Shown here: piece after piece, positions 39,260 to 49,359 of the stretch
How the letters are laid out: each line of letters opens with the position of its first letter
How positions within the stretch are numbered: position 1 is the first letter of the stretch
NCBI GenBank assembly: GCA_963736995.1
Contig: CAVTRB010000007.1
Span: 623,884-687,883 of the forward strand
Length of the DNA stretch: 64,000 nt
Reading direction: 5' to 3'
Origin: an uncultured Chloroflexia bacterium
GTDB lineage: Bacteria; Chloroflexota; Ktedonobacteria; Ktedonobacterales; Ktedonobacteraceae
Position numbers and translations under genes: made by a program
The notes under the pieces: model-generated
Databases searched by the model: none
The model's input: the letters and a program-made list of their open reading frames with translations, nothing else
What the model was told of the DNA's origin: nothing

Positions 39260-39639
39260 TTCTTAGCCGTTGCCTTCTTCTTGCCGGCCACCGTCTTTTT
39301 CGGTCCGCGTCGTGTGCGCGCATTGGTGCGCGTGCGCTGTCCGCGCACCGGCAGATTGCGGCGATGGCGCAGGCCACGGTAACAGTTGATCTCGATCAAC
39401 CGCTTGATATTCATATCCACTTCGCGGCGCAGATCACCCTCGACTTTGTATTCGCGGTCGATCAATTCGCGCAAGCGGTTCACTTCTTCCTCGGTCAAAT
39501 CTTTTACCCGGGTGTCCGGGTTAATGCGCGTTCGCTGCAAAATCTTCCGGCTCGTGGTCGGGCCAATGCCAAAGATATAGGTCAGCGAAACTTCCACACG
39601 CTTGTCGCGTGGAATATCAATGCCGGCAATTCTCGCCAT
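39256..39639 (-). CDS. rpsM: 30S ribosomal protein S13
   Basis: [26 protein letters not shown]. Confidence 0.97.
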   Translation of the reverse strand: MARIAGIDIPRDKRVEVSLTYIFGIGPTTSRKILQRTRINPDTRVKDLTEEEVNRLRELIDREYKVEGDLRREVDMNIKRLIEINCYRGLRHRRNLPVRGQRTRTNARTRRGPKKTVAGKKKATAKK

Positions 39640-39650
39640 GTTTTCCTCCG

Positions 39651-39767
39651 TTAGCCTTGCTTCTGCTTGTGCTTTGGCTCTTTGCTACAGATCACCATTA
39701 CCACGCGATTGCGCCGGATAACCTTGCAATGATCGCAGCGCGGTTTCACTGAGGCGCGTACTTTCAT
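39651..39767 (-). CDS. rpmJ: 50S ribosomal protein L36 (38 aa; below the ORF-track length cutoff)
   Basis: Manual translation of the minus strand: [38 protein letters not shown]. Confidence 0.93.
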   Translation of the reverse strand: MKVRASVKPRCDHCKVIRRNRVVMVICSKEPKHKQKQG

Positions 39768-39910
39768 GATTTGCCCTCCTCATTCGCTTCACATAGGGAC
39801 TCCACTATCACTCCCTACGTTTCATTCCTTAAGTAAGATTCAGATAGAGTGGCGCGATGCTTTGCGCCCGATTTGCTGAAAGCAAAAAGGAATCAGCACA
39901 GTTTCCTTTT

Positions 39911-40015
39911 GTTTCAATCCCAGACGGGATGGCGAGTCCTTCAAGCTCTTCCGGTAGAGATGATGCCGGTGAGAAGATTAGATTAGTTGCAATCCCAGAT
40001 GGGATGACATCAGAC
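39911..40015 (-). repeat. Pair of CRISPR-repeat-like hairpin elements (period 75 nt) in the infA-rpmJ spacer
   Basis: Minus-strand reads ...GTCATCCCATCTGGGATTGCAAC and ...CGCCATCCCGTCTGGGATTGAAAC. 5-bp stem ATCCC/GGGAT. Confidence 0.6.
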
Positions 40016-40036
40016 TTGTTGAGGAAAGATATCTCA

Positions 40037-40255
40037 CTACCTCACACGCCATGTAATGCGACCTCGTGTCAGATCATAAGGCGAGAGTATGACTCGCACC
40101 TTATCACCAGGCACAATGCGCACAAAATTCATGCGAATGCGCCCTGAAAGCACGGCCAGCACCTGGTGCTGCTCGTCGATCTGCACCTTGAACATGGCGT
40201 TCGGGAGGGCCTCCACAACCGTGCCCTCTACCTCTATCTCATCCTTCTTTGCCAT
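40037..40255 (-). CDS. infA: Translation initiation factor IF-1
   Basis: [24 protein letters not shown]... Confidence 0.97.
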   Translation of the reverse strand: MAKKDEIEVEGTVVEALPNAMFKVQIDEQHQVLAVLSGRIRMNFVRIVPGDKVRVILSPYDLTRGRITWRVR

Positions 40256-40421
40256 AGCATCCTTTGTACATAGCTCAGATACATCTCATCTTAAGAGCAA
40301 TGCGTCAATTGTTATGATTCCATGATAAAATGGCAGCAGTTGACACTGCTGCAGCCAACTACGAATTATAGCACACCATTGCCCAAAAGTCGAGAGGCAA
40401 TTTCTTGCTATCCCACAAAAG

Positions 40422-41174
40422 TCATACCCGTGTCAGAATTTCAGGTTCGCCCCCGGTAATCGCTACCGTATGCTCGAAGTGAGCCGAGTAGCTATGATCC
40501 GCTGTGACGACCGTCCACTCATCGCCGAGCACTTCCGTCTCTTGCTGCCCCATGTTGACCATCGGCTCAATAGCGATGACCATGCCCGGTCTGAGCAGCG
40601 TATTGGGCTGGCCGCGCTCAATGTAGTTGAGCACCTGCGGGTCCTCGTGCATGTCGCGACCCACACCATGCCCACCATACTGGCGCACGATCGAGAAACC
40701 GGCGTTCTCTACGTACTGCTGAATTGTCCTGCTGATATCGTGCAGGCGTTTACCGGCACGAGCCTGGTCGATACCCAGATAAAGAGCATCCTCCGTCACT
40801 TTGAGCAGGCGCTGCGCGTCCGGGGCAACCTCACCTACCGGGACGGTGATGGCCGAATCCGCGTGCCAGCCTTTGTAGCTGGCAGCAAAGTCGATGGTAA
40901 CGATATCGCCCTCGTGCAGCACACGCGAACCCGGAATACCGTGTACGATTTCTTCGTTTACAGACGTACAGATGGACGCCGGGTAACCGTGATAGCCCAA
41001 AGAGCTTGATTTCGCTCCGTACCTCTTCAAAGCCGCAACCGCCAGGGCATCCAGTTCGGCGGTGCTGATGCCCGGTCGAACTGCCGCACGCAGTTCAGCC
41101 AGGATCGTCGCGACGATATGCCCGGTCTCACGGATTTTTGCCACTTCCTCTTTCGACTTGATGATGGGTGCCAT
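40422..41174 (-). CDS. map: Type I methionine aminopeptidase
   Basis: GYHGYPASICTSVNEEIVHGIP...DIVTIDF...GHGVGRDMHE. Confidence 0.96.
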   Translation of the reverse strand: MAPIIKSKEEVAKIRETGHIVATILAELRAAVRPGISTAELDALAVAALKRYGAKSSSLGYHGYPASICTSVNEEIVHGIPGSRVLHEGDIVTIDFAASYKGWHADSAITVPVGEVAPDAQRLLKVTEDALYLGIDQARAGKRLHDISRTIQQYVENAGFSIVRQYGGHGVGRDMHEDPQVLNYIERGQPNTLLRPGMVIAIEPMVNMGQQETEVLGDEWTVVTADHSYSAHFEHTVAITGGEPEILTRV

Positions 41175-41207
41175 GTCGCCTCGTCTTGCCTTGCCTTGTA
41201 CCTGTTC

Positions 41208-41876
41208 TCAGTGTTCTTCTTTCCCGGCCACCCCGGTGCGCAGCTTTTCCACCAGTACCTGATGCACCTGCTCGATGCTCTGGTTTCCATTGACCTCTAC
41301 CAGTTTGTTCTGCGCCCGGTAGTAATCGAGCAGGAGAATGGTCTCGCTGAAAAAGATTTCGAGCCGTCGCTGCACTGCCTCTCCAACATCGTCGAGACGC
41401 TGGTACAGCTCGCTTCCATCGATATCACAGATACCGGGAACCTTTGGCTGGTTCGTATTGATATTGTAGACGTGCTGATTGGCCCGGCAAATATACCTAC
41501 CGGAGAGCCGGTGCAGCAGCTCTTGACGAGGAACTTTCAGATATGCCGCGACATCGATATGCCGACCAATATCTTGCAGGTCTTTGTCCAGAACCGCCGC
41601 CTGCGCGACGGTGCGCGGAAATCCATCCAGTATCACCCCGGGCGTGCAATCCGGTTGCTCAAGACGATTGATGACCATCGCTACTGTGATCTCGTCGGGA
41701 ACCAGGTCCCCTCGATCATTGTAGGCTTTGGCCTGTATGCCGAGTTCTGTTTTCTCAGCTATCGCCCGCCGGATCAGGTCCCCACTGGCAACGTGAGGAA
41801 TGCCGAACGACTGAGAAAGCAATTCCGCCTGCGTCCCTTTCCCCGACCCCTGTGCGCCGATCAGGATGATATTCAC
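41208..41876 (-). CDS. adk: Adenylate kinase
   Basis: MNIILIGAQGSGKGTQAE...ILDGFPRT. Confidence 0.96.
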   Translation of the reverse strand: MNIILIGAQGSGKGTQAELLSQSFGIPHVASGDLIRRAIAEKTELGIQAKAYNDRGDLVPDEITVAMVINRLEQPDCTPGVILDGFPRTVAQAAVLDKDLQDIGRHIDVAAYLKVPRQELLHRLSGRYICRANQHVYNINTNQPKVPGICDIDGSELYQRLDDVGEAVQRRLEIFFSETILLLDYYRAQNKLVEVNGNQSIEQVHQVLVEKLRTGVAGKEEH

Positions 41877-41950
41877 GTCTTTTCCTCCGCTGGAAGCTGT
41901 TTTTCGGGTGCCTCTGTGCGCCCCGGCGACCGATTTTAAAGGTGCAAAAG

Positions 41951-43300
41951 TTACGATAAGAAGCCTGAATAGTTGCGCATCACCATCTGGGCCTCAAGCT
42001 GTCGCACGGTATCGAGCACGACACCAACGACAATCAGGAGCGCGGCGCTGCTGAGCAACTGGTTGCCACCCACACGCGAGATGTAGGGCAAGATGGCTAC
42101 GATACCCAGGAAGAGCGCACCGCCCAGCGTAACGCGGTTGAGAATTGTTTGCAGGTAGCGACTGGTCGGCTCTCCCGGTCGATAGCCGGGAATGAACGCG
42201 CCCTGCTTTTGCAGGTTCTCAGGGATGTTCTGCTGCTGCCAGACCACGTAGGCATAGAAGAACGTAAAGGCCACCACCAGCACAAAGTAGATGAACCAGT
42301 AGTACCAGAGTGATGTATTGACGATGTAAGTACCGATCCACTGCGCAGCCGTGCTCAGCCAGGTCACGCTGTTGCCTACCAGGTACTGCGACAGCACGGC
42401 AGGGAAGATCAACATGGACTGCGCAAAGATGAGCGGAATCATGCCTGCGCTATTGACCTGGATGGGAATATAGGTTGTCTGCGCCGAACCAACCAGCATG
42501 CCACGCCCAACCATACGCTTGGTGGGATACTGCACTGGCACGCGCCGCTGCCCCTGATAGATGTAGACAATGCCGACAATCGTCAACAGGCCGATAATCA
42601 GGAAGACGACGATGCTGACCACACCACTGCCATTGCCATTGCTGGACGAAGTCGCCACAAAACCTTGCTGGACAAAGCCCGGCAGGCGACTGACGATACC
42701 AGCGAAGATGATCAGCGAGATACCATTGCCAATGCCGTTCTCGGTAATCAGCTCGCCGATCCAGACCAGAATCATCGTTCCTGCGACCATTGATATCAAG
42801 ATGGCAAGCGTCGACAGCCACACCCCGTTTCCGCCAAACAGATTAAAGGAACTGGAATCGAGCACGCCCACGCGCACAAAGATTGCCGCATTGCCCAGCG
42901 CCTGCAAGAAGGCCAGTGGAACGGCAATGATGCGGGTGATCTGGCTGAAGCGCAGTCGCCCGGCTTCGCCCTCCATCGCCATATTCTGCAAGGCCGGAAT
43001 AATAGGTTGCAGCAATTGCATCACGATGGTTGCGGTAATGTAGGGATAGACGCCCATCGCCACCACCGAGAACGTCTGCAACGAGCCACCTGAGAAAACA
43101 TCCAGCAAGCCGAGCAGTTGGCCCAGGTTATTATTGTTTGAACTGCCGTTAAAGAGCTTCGCCAGGTTCTGCGCCTCCGTGTGCGTGAGCGGAACCGTGA
43201 TGCTGGCGAGGACGCGGAAGATCAGCAACATCCCCAGGGTAAAGAGAATCTTATTGCGCAAGTCAGGTACGGTCCAGATACTACGCAGTCGATCCCACAT
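41951..43300 (-). CDS. secY: Preprotein translocase subunit SecY
   Basis: 449 aa polytopic membrane protein in the conserved rplO-secY-adk position. GMGELITENGIGNGISLIIFAGI-like motif. Confidence 0.96.
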   Translation of the reverse strand: MWDRLRSIWTVPDLRNKILFTLGMLLIFRVLASITVPLTHTEAQNLAKLFNGSSNNNNLGQLLGLLDVFSGGSLQTFSVVAMGVYPYITATIVMQLLQPIIPALQNMAMEGEAGRLRFSQITRIIAVPLAFLQALGNAAIFVRVGVLDSSSFNLFGGNGVWLSTLAILISMVAGTMILVWIGELITENGIGNGISLIIFAGIVSRLPGFVQQGFVATSSSNGNGSGVVSIVVFLIIGLLTIVGIVYIYQGQRRVPVQYPTKRMVGRGMLVGSAQTTYIPIQVNSAGMIPLIFAQSMLIFPAVLSQYLVGNSVTWLSTAAQWIGTYIVNTSLWYYWFIYFVLVVAFTFFYAYVVWQQQNIPENLQKQGAFIPGYRPGEPTSRYLQTILNRVTLGGALFLGIVAILPYISRVGGNQLLSSAALLIVVGVVLDTVRQLEAQMVMRNYSGFLS

Positions 43301-43377
43301 GGGAGCCTCCTTTTAGAAGTCGCAGGATAGATAGTAAACAAGCAAAGGATACCAGGACACTCGTCCTGGCACCCTTC

Positions 43378-43911
43378 CTACCCTTCACTCTGCTGTCCTG
43401 GAGCCTTCTTGTTTTCGTCCTTACGTCGCTTCGTCTTTTCATAGACTTTTGTCGGAATGATCTCGACGGCACCGCCAGCCGCCTCGATCTTAGCGCGAGC
43501 GCTTTCCGAAAACTTGTGGGCCCGGACCGTCAATGCCCGATCCACTTCGCCATCGCCGAGCACCTTGACAAGGCCACGGGCTTCGGCGGGCGTCATCAAA
43601 TCGGCTTTCACCAGTTCCTCCGGGGTGACAGAGGTACCCGGCTCGAACAGTTCAAGATCAGCGATATTAATAATGGCGTAGTCTTTGCGGAAAGGCGTAT
43701 TGCTGTTGCCCAGACCACGAACGAACGGCAGGCGCTTCGAGAGGCGCGTCTGACCGCCATTAAAGGCGCGATGGACGCTGCCGCCGCTGCGTGCCTTCTG
43801 GCCTTTCGTGCCACGACCGGCGGTCTTACCACGCCCGGAGCCGTGACCACGACCAAGACGCCGTTCCTGCTTATGCGAGCCAGGGACTGGCCGCAAATCA
43901 GAGAGTCTCAC
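43378..43911 (-). CDS. rplO: 50S ribosomal protein L15 (177 aa)
   Basis: [43 protein letters not shown]. Confidence 0.96.
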   Translation of the reverse strand: MRLSDLRPVPGSHKQERRLGRGHGSGRGKTAGRGTKGQKARSGGSVHRAFNGGQTRLSKRLPFVRGLGNSNTPFRKDYAIINIADLELFEPGTSVTPEELVKADLMTPAEARGLVKVLGDGEVDRALTVRAHKFSESARAKIEAAGGAVEIIPTKVYEKTKRRKDENKKAPGQQSEG

Positions 43912-44092
43912 TGCTTATCTCCTCTACCTCTACCAGGTGGCTCACCTTGCGAACCATCCCGCGAATGGCAGGATTGTCCTCATGCTCAACCGTGTGCTGG
44001 AGCTTGCGTAACTTCAGCGCGTGGATGGTCGCCTTCTGATCCTTTGGATGACCAATCGCGCTTCTCACCCATTTTATGCGTAGTTTTGCCAT
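43898..44092 (-). CDS. rpmD: 50S ribosomal protein L30
   Basis: [28 protein letters not shown]. Confidence 0.95.
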   Translation of the reverse strand: MAKLRIKWVRSAIGHPKDQKATIHALKLRKLQHTVEHEDNPAIRGMVRKVSHLVEVEEISSETL

Positions 44093-44117
44093 AATTTTTC
44101 TCTCCTATCGGCTCAAG

Positions 44118-44858
44118 CTAGCGACGGCTGCCGCCACCCTGACCACCGCGACCACCTTGACCACCGCGACCACCGCCTTGACCGCCACGGCCACCGCGAT
44201 CACCGGAACCTCCGCGATCACTACGGTCGCTGCGCTCACCGCCACGGCGATTCTGGCGACTCTCGCGATCTCGGCTCTCCTCTTCGCGAGCAATGCGGGC
44301 TGCGGCAGCCTGCTCGGCTGCGGCGGCTGCCGCTTCGGCATATTGCGCGGCACGTTTCACACCGATTAGCTCGGAAACCGTCTTGCCGCGTCGTACAGCT
44401 TCTTCCTCCGGCGAACGCAGCTCGGCCAGCGCCTGCATGGTTGCCTGTACGGTGTTGGCGGCGTTGGTGCTGCCCAACGACTTGGTCAGAATATCACGAA
44501 TGCCCACGGACTCCATGACGGCGCGTACAGCACCGCCCGCGATCACACCCGTACCAGGCGCTGCCGGCTTGAGCATCACTTCAGAGGCCCCGAAACGGGT
44601 CTTGACCATAAAAGGAATGGTCCTGCCAGACAATGGCACATATACCAGGTGTTTCTTCGCTTCCTCGACACCTTTGCGGATGGCCTCGGTGTATTCGCTT
44701 GCCTTGCCAAAACCGAAGCCGACGTATCCGTTATGATCGCCTACGACGACCAGCGCTCGAATGCTAAAGTTGCGACCGCCCTTGACCACTTTGGAAACGC
44801 GGCTGACCTGGACCACCGTCTCTTCCAGATTCAATTTTGAAGCATCTATTCTTGGCAT
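44118..44858 (-). CDS. rpsE: 30S ribosomal protein S5 with Gly/Arg-rich C-terminal tail (246 aa)
   Basis: [24 protein letters not shown]. The tail ...[31 protein letters not shown] is encoded by short tandem repeats at 44118-44260. Confidence 0.95.
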   Translation of the reverse strand: MPRIDASKLNLEETVVQVSRVSKVVKGGRNFSIRALVVVGDHNGYVGFGFGKASEYTEAIRKGVEEAKKHLVYVPLSGRTIPFMVKTRFGASEVMLKPAAPGTGVIAGGAVRAVMESVGIRDILTKSLGSTNAANTVQATMQALAELRSPEEEAVRRGKTVSELIGVKRAAQYAEAAAAAAEQAAAARIAREEESRDRESRQNRRGGERSDRSDRGGSGDRGGRGGQGGGRGGQGGRGGQGGGSRR

Positions 44859-44874
44859 ATTTCTCCTTGCGGCC

Positions 44875-45525
44875 CTAGAATTCCAGGCCTACTTCACGAG
44901 CGCCTTCGGCCAGCGCCGCCACTCGTCCGTGATAAGCGTAGCCTCCACGATCAAAGACAACCTTGTTCACGCCTTTCTCTTTTGCGCGTTGGGCAACCAG
45001 TTTGCCTACCTCACGTGCAACTGCGACCTTCCGGTTGTTGGCGATGGGGGCAAGCGCCTCTACAGGTGTCTTCTTCTCACCCTTCTGCGCCTGTGGCAGG
45101 AGAGTTTTGGCCTGCGCTGCCGGTTTGCCACCCTTACTCGCTGTGCCCTTCTGCTGGGTCTGCCCTTTGGCGGGAGCTTTGGGAGCCTTGTCAGCCTTCG
45201 CACCCTTGCCTTTACCGACACCCGGCAGAATCTCGGCAGCCATTTCGGCCACTCCCGCTACCGCCTCCGCTACAGCGTGCGCAGCACCACCCACTGCTTC
45301 CAGCACCGGGTTCGGCGTCTCCGGTTTAAAATCGCGCAGTGAATCATCCAGCGATGAAGCGGCAACAAGGGTTGTACCCGTCGTATCATCAATAATCTGT
45401 GCGTAGATATGCTGGCCGCTGCGGAAGATGTTCAAGCGGGGACGCCCTGTGGTACCTTCCATGTGGCGTCGAATTCGCTGGTGCCGCCGCAGCCGTGCCT
45501 TATTCGCATGAAATTGCTTAATCAT
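44875..45525 (-). CDS. rplR: 50S ribosomal protein L18 with ~95-aa internal Ala/Lys/Gly-rich insertion (216 aa)
   Basis: N-terminal [10 protein letters not shown]...[20 protein letters not shown] and C-terminal [28 protein letters not shown] flank the insertion. Confidence 0.93.
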   Translation of the reverse strand: MIKQFHANKARLRRHQRIRRHMEGTTGRPRLNIFRSGQHIYAQIIDDTTGTTLVAASSLDDSLRDFKPETPNPVLEAVGGAAHAVAEAVAGVAEMAAEILPGVGKGKGAKADKAPKAPAKGQTQQKGTASKGGKPAAQAKTLLPQAQKGEKKTPVEALAPIANNRKVAVAREVGKLVAQRAKEKGVNKVVFDRGGYAYHGRVAALAEGAREVGLEF

Positions 45526-45653
45526 AGCTCAAGCTTCTCCATCGGGCCTGATAGGAGACGTGGTCGGCACTACGTCTCTCTCTGAATGCCCGTACATTTT
45601 CGTCTATTCTATCAATAAACCTGGGCGCTGGCAAGCCTTTTGCCCGGGACGAC

Positions 45654-45716
45654 GGGCGTGCATGCTCCCTTAAGGTCGCATTCAAAGCCTCCCAGGCTCT
45701 GCGCTTACGCCCCTAC
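45654..45716 (-). repeat. ~62-nt REP-like element, copy B (rplF-rplR spacer)
   Basis: Minus strand: GTAGGGGCGTAAGCGCAGAGCCTGGGAGGCTTTGAATGCGACCTTAAGGGAGCATGCACGCCC. Contains the rplF TAG stop. Confidence 0.85.
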
Positions 45717-46288
45717 TTCTTTTTGCCGCCAACTTTACCGGCTTTACCGGCTTTGCGGCGAATGGCCTCGCCCGCGTAACGGATGCCTTTGCCCTTGTAG
45801 GGTTCGGGCTTGCGAACACTGCGGATCTGAGCCGCGACCTCACCAACCAGCTGCTTGTCGATGCCACTGACGCTCACTCTTGTGGCTTTGGTGGCCGCGT
45901 CCACACCCTCGACGTTCAGCGTAATGCCAGCCGGGGGTTGTACCTCAACCGGGTGAGAGTAGCCTACCTGAATAACCAGATTATCGCCCACCTTCGCGGC
46001 ACGATAACCGACGCCATGAATTTCCAGTTCCTTCTTATACCCGTTCGTCACGCCAACGACCATGTTGTTGATCAGCGTGCGATAGAGACCGTGTATTGCC
46101 TTGTGGGGCTTGCTGTCTGAAGGTCGGGAGACGGTCAAAACGCCGTTCTCCATCTCCAGTGTCAGTTCAGATGGTACCTGGTAGGAGAGTTCGCCTTTCG
46201 GCCCTTTGACCGTGACGAAGTTATTCTCGTTCCAGTTTACCTGCACCTTCGGCGGCACGGAAATCGGTGTACGTCCAATACGAGACAT
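45713..46288 (-). CDS. rplF: 50S ribosomal protein L6
   Basis: [17 protein letters not shown]...GVGYRA. Confidence 0.97.
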   Translation of the reverse strand: MSRIGRTPISVPPKVQVNWNENNFVTVKGPKGELSYQVPSELTLEMENGVLTVSRPSDSKPHKAIHGLYRTLINNMVVGVTNGYKKELEIHGVGYRAAKVGDNLVIQVGYSHPVEVQPPAGITLNVEGVDAATKATRVSVSGIDKQLVGEVAAQIRSVRKPEPYKGKGIRYAGEAIRRKAGKAGKVGGKKK

Positions 46289-46301
46289 GTCCTACCTCCC
46301 T

Positions 46302-46697
46302 CTACCAGACGTAGCAGATAACTTCGCCGCCGAGGCCCTCACGATAGGCACGCCTGCCCGTCATCAGCCCCTTTGGCGTTGACAGAATGGCGGTTCCCAG
46401 TCCACCACGGACACGGGGAATATCCGCTCGCTTTGTATAGACACGCAGGCCCGGCTTGCTCACACGCTTCAATTGCGTAATCACGGGTTTCTTTTCATCG
46501 TAGAGCAGTGTCAGCCGCAAGGTTCCCTGCGGATTATCCTTCAGGATTTCGATATCTTTAATATAGCCTTCTTCTTTCAGCACACGTGCGATCGCCAGCT
46601 TCATTTTCGAGGCTGGAATCAGGACGCGAGTGTGCCGTGCTGTCGTCGCATTGCGTATGCGTGTAAGCATATCGGCAATGGGATCAGTCATGTTCAT
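46302..46697 (-). CDS. rpsH: 30S ribosomal protein S8
   Basis: [15 protein letters not shown]... Confidence 0.97.
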   Translation of the reverse strand: MNMTDPIADMLTRIRNATTARHTRVLIPASKMKLAIARVLKEEGYIKDIEILKDNPQGTLRLTLLYDEKKPVITQLKRVSKPGLRVYTKRADIPRVRGGLGTAILSTPKGLMTGRRAYREGLGGEVICYVW

Positions 46698-46801
46698 GGA
46701 ACTGCCTCCATACTTTCCACCGGAGCGAAAATGTTAACGCCTGCCAGTCCTGCGGGTGACGCTCATCTTTTCGTCCTGCTTGCTTCTCTTCGCGTTATTG
46801 A

Positions 46802-46987
46802 CTACCAGCTCGACTTGGTGACGCCGGGCAACTCGCCGCGCAGTGCATGTTCGCGGAAGCAGATGCGGCAGAGACCGAACTTGCGAATATAGCCGCGAGG
46901 TCGTCCGCAAATCTTGCAGCGATTGTGCTGCTGCACCTTAAATTTCGGCTTGCGCTCAGCCTTTACAATCATTGAGGTTTTTGCCAT
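46802..46987 (-). CDS. rpsN: 30S ribosomal protein S14, type Z (zinc-binding, 61 aa)
   Basis: [23 protein letters not shown]. Confidence 0.96.
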   Translation of the reverse strand: MAKTSMIVKAERKPKFKVQQHNRCKICGRPRGYIRKFGLCRICFREHALRGELPGVTKSSW

Positions 46988-47001
46988 ATTGCTCTCCAGC
47001 C

Positions 47002-47547
47002 TTATCTCTTCTTAAAGGGCATGCCCATCAACTTGAGCAATTCTCGTCCCTCTTCATCGGTACTGGCCGTGGTGACAATACTCACCTCCATGCCGCGCAC
47101 CTTGTCGATCTTGTCATAGTCGATTTCGGGGAAGACCAGTTGCTCGCGCAGGCCCAGCGTGTAGTTGCCGCGTCCATCGAACGCCTCAGCTGAGACGCCC
47201 TGGAAGTCGCGCAGGCGGGGCAGCGCCACGTTCATCAGCTTATCGAGGAACTGGTACATGCGCTCGCCGCGCAACGTCACCATCGCCCCGATCTGCATGC
47301 CTTCACGTAGTTTGAAGGTGGCGACGGAACGCTTCGCGCGGGTAATGACCGGACGCTGGCCGGTAATGGTAGCCAGATCACCAACGGCGGCATCCAGCGC
47401 CTTCGGATTCTGAATGACCTCGCCCAGACCGATATTGACCACGACCTTCTTCACCGTCGGAACCTGCATAGGGTTGCCGTAGTTAAACTCTTTTTTCAGA
47501 GCTGGCACAACCTCTTGTTGATATTTTTCCTTCAACCTTGATGCCAT
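47002..47547 (-). CDS. rplE: 50S ribosomal protein L5
   Basis: [30 protein letters not shown]. Confidence 0.97.
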   Translation of the reverse strand: MASRLKEKYQQEVVPALKKEFNYGNPMQVPTVKKVVVNIGLGEVIQNPKALDAAVGDLATITGQRPVITRAKRSVATFKLREGMQIGAMVTLRGERMYQFLDKLMNVALPRLRDFQGVSAEAFDGRGNYTLGLREQLVFPEIDYDKIDKVRGMEVSIVTTASTDEEGRELLKLMGMPFKKR

Positions 47548-47552
47548 AACGT

Positions 47553-47942
47553 TTAACTACTCCTCGTCCGATCTTCAATGATCTTGTGACATTTCTTGCA
47601 GACGCGCACCGGGCGCATCTTCTGATCCGTACCCATCTGGCGGCGTTCGTGACCCACGCGCGTCGGCTGCCCGCACTCGGTGCAGATCAGCATGGTGTTC
47701 GACACGTGGATTGGCATTGCCTTCTCGATGATGCCTCCCTGGGTCGTCTGACTCTGCGGGCGTACATGCTTCTTGACGAGGTTCAGGCCCTCAACAATGA
47801 CCTTGTTCGCCTGTGGCATAGCCCGCGAAACCACGCCTTGCTTCCCCCGGTCCTTGCCCGCCAGAATGACGACGGTGTCGCCTTTCTTAATATTCATCTT
47901 GGCAAGGTGGAGAGGCTTTTTCTCTTTCTCTTTTACTGCCAT
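47553..47942 (-). CDS. rplX: 50S ribosomal protein L24 (129 aa; C-terminal CxxC...CxxC)
   Basis: ATG 47942 with [37 protein letters not shown]...CKKCH. Confidence 0.93.
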   Translation of the reverse strand: MAVKEKEKKPLHLAKMNIKKGDTVVILAGKDRGKQGVVSRAMPQANKVIVEGLNLVKKHVRPQSQTTQGGIIEKAMPIHVSNTMLICTECGQPTRVGHERRQMGTDQKMRPVRVCKKCHKIIEDRTRSS

Positions 47943-47950
47943 ATCTTTCC

Positions 47951-48319
47951 TCACAATACCTCTGGCGCAAGCGAGATGATCTTCATAAAATTTCGCTCGC
48001 GCAGTTCGCGGGCTACCGGGCCAAAGATACGTGTGCCACGCGGGTTGTTGCCCGCTGCGATAATCACGGCTGCGTTTTCGTCAAAGCGGATATGCGAGCC
48101 ATCGGGGCGCGCATATTCCTTCGCCACACGCACGACCACAGCGTTGACGACCTCACCCTTCTTCACCTGTCCGTTGGGTGTGGCCTGCTTCACCGAGGCC
48201 TTGATGATGTCGCCCACTTCAGCATATTTCTTCCGAGAGCCACTCATCACACGAATACACATAATCTCTTTTGCGCCGGTGTTATCCGCAACCTTCAAGC
48301 GTGTTTGCGGTTGAATCAT
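47951..48319 (-). CDS. rplN: 50S ribosomal protein L14
   Basis: [24 protein letters not shown]. Confidence 0.98.
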   Translation of the reverse strand: MIQPQTRLKVADNTGAKEIMCIRVMSGSRKKYAEVGDIIKASVKQATPNGQVKKGEVVNAVVVRVAKEYARPDGSHIRFDENAAVIIAAGNNPRGTRIFGPVARELRERNFMKIISLAPEVL

Positions 48320-48324
48320 TTCGT

Positions 48325-48711
48325 CTACTCTCCTTCTTCCTCTGCCGCATCAGGTGCTTCCACCCCGGCAGTCAGATTGGGATCAACCTCGGCCAATAAT
48401 TCTCCCACCGGCACGATGCCGCTGCCACGCTTGACGATACGAACGAGACGCCAGTGCTTTGTCTTGCTTATCGGGCGGCTCTCTTCAATGAGGACCGTAT
48501 CGCCAATCTGCCCTTCGTTATTCTCATCATGCACATGGAATTTCTTGGTGACTTTATAGGTGCGCTTGTAGATACGGTGTTTCTTTAATCTCTCTACAGC
48601 TACAACAATTGTTTTATCCATTTTATTGCTTACCACGCGCCCAACCTTCTGCTCGCGGTGGCTCCGCGTGCCGACGGGAGTTGGCGTTGGCGTTGCATTC
48701 TGCTGTGTCAT
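48325..48711 (-). CDS. rpsQ: 30S ribosomal protein S17 (128 aa, extended at both ends)
   Basis: [27 protein letters not shown]. Confidence 0.95.
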   Translation of the reverse strand: MTQQNATPTPTPVGTRSHREQKVGRVVSNKMDKTIVVAVERLKKHRIYKRTYKVTKKFHVHDENNEGQIGDTVLIEESRPISKTKHWRLVRIVKRGSGIVPVGELLAEVDPNLTAGVEAPDAAEEEGE

Positions 48712-48917
48712 CCCTCTGCCTCCAACTCAGATATATGGTGCAGCAAGCGCGCAACATCCTTGCGGGTCTGTGCGAAGACGCGGTTGTTCTTCACCTCACC
48801 GCGCTGCTTCTGCAAACGGAGATTGAACAGCTTCATGCGCAATTCTTTCAGTTCGCGCTGCGACTCTCCAATGGAAAGCTCAGTGATCTGTTTGCGGCGT
48901 TCATTAAGCTTCGACAC
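48708..48917 (-). CDS. rpmC: 50S ribosomal protein L29
   Basis: GTG 48917 behind a GGAGG RBS, overlapping the rplP end by 14 nt. [15 protein letters not shown]. Confidence 0.9.
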   Translation of the reverse strand: MSKLNERRKQITELSIGESQRELKELRMKLFNLRLQKQRGEVKNNRVFAQTRKDVARLLHHISELEAEG

Positions 48918-49335
48918 TCTCCGCCTCCCCTCGTTTAATAAAGCGGGTCGAAACCGGCAATTTGTGACCGGCCAGTCTGACAGCTTCTTTGGCAACTTCT
49001 TCGCTCACGCCGCCAATCTCGAAAATGATGCGACCCGGCTTGACAACCGCGACCCAGTGGTCGACAGCGCCTTTACCGCTACCCATGCGCGTCTCGGCAG
49101 GTTTGGCCGTGATGGGCTTATCGGGAAAGACCCGGATCCAGACTTTGCCACCGCGCTTCATAAAACGGGTGAGGGCAATACGTGCTGCCTCGATCTGGCG
49201 GGCTTCCAGCCAGATCGGTTCCAGAGCCTGCAACCCGAATTCGCCGAAGGCGAGGGTGCTGCCGCGCTGGGCTTCCCCTTTCATGCGACCGCGATGCTGT
49301 TTGCGGTACTTTGTACGTGACGGTGCCAACAACAT
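48904..49335 (-). CDS. rplP: 50S ribosomal protein L16
   Basis: [20 protein letters not shown]. Confidence 0.97.
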   Translation of the reverse strand: MLLAPSRTKYRKQHRGRMKGEAQRGSTLAFGEFGLQALEPIWLEARQIEAARIALTRFMKRGGKVWIRVFPDKPITAKPAETRMGSGKGAVDHWVAVVKPGRIIFEIGGVSEEVAKEAVRLAGHKLPVSTRFIKRGEAESVEA

Positions 49336-49359
49336 GGCTTCCTATCTCCTCTACTGGCT

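Noticed and set aside
39911-40015. Calling the hairpin pairs (here and at 59032-59122) genuine CRISPR arrays.
   Set aside because: Each locus has only two units, the 5' halves of the units are not conserved, the periods differ (75 vs 64 nt), and there are no cas genes in the window. They are reported as CRISPR-repeat-like elements only.
39857-40147. 96-aa ORF (…FVSIPDGMAS…VAIPDGMTS…) and ORF 59049..59369.
   Set aside because: The repeated peptide motif is just the translation of the hairpin repeats. Both run antisense into infA or rpsL.
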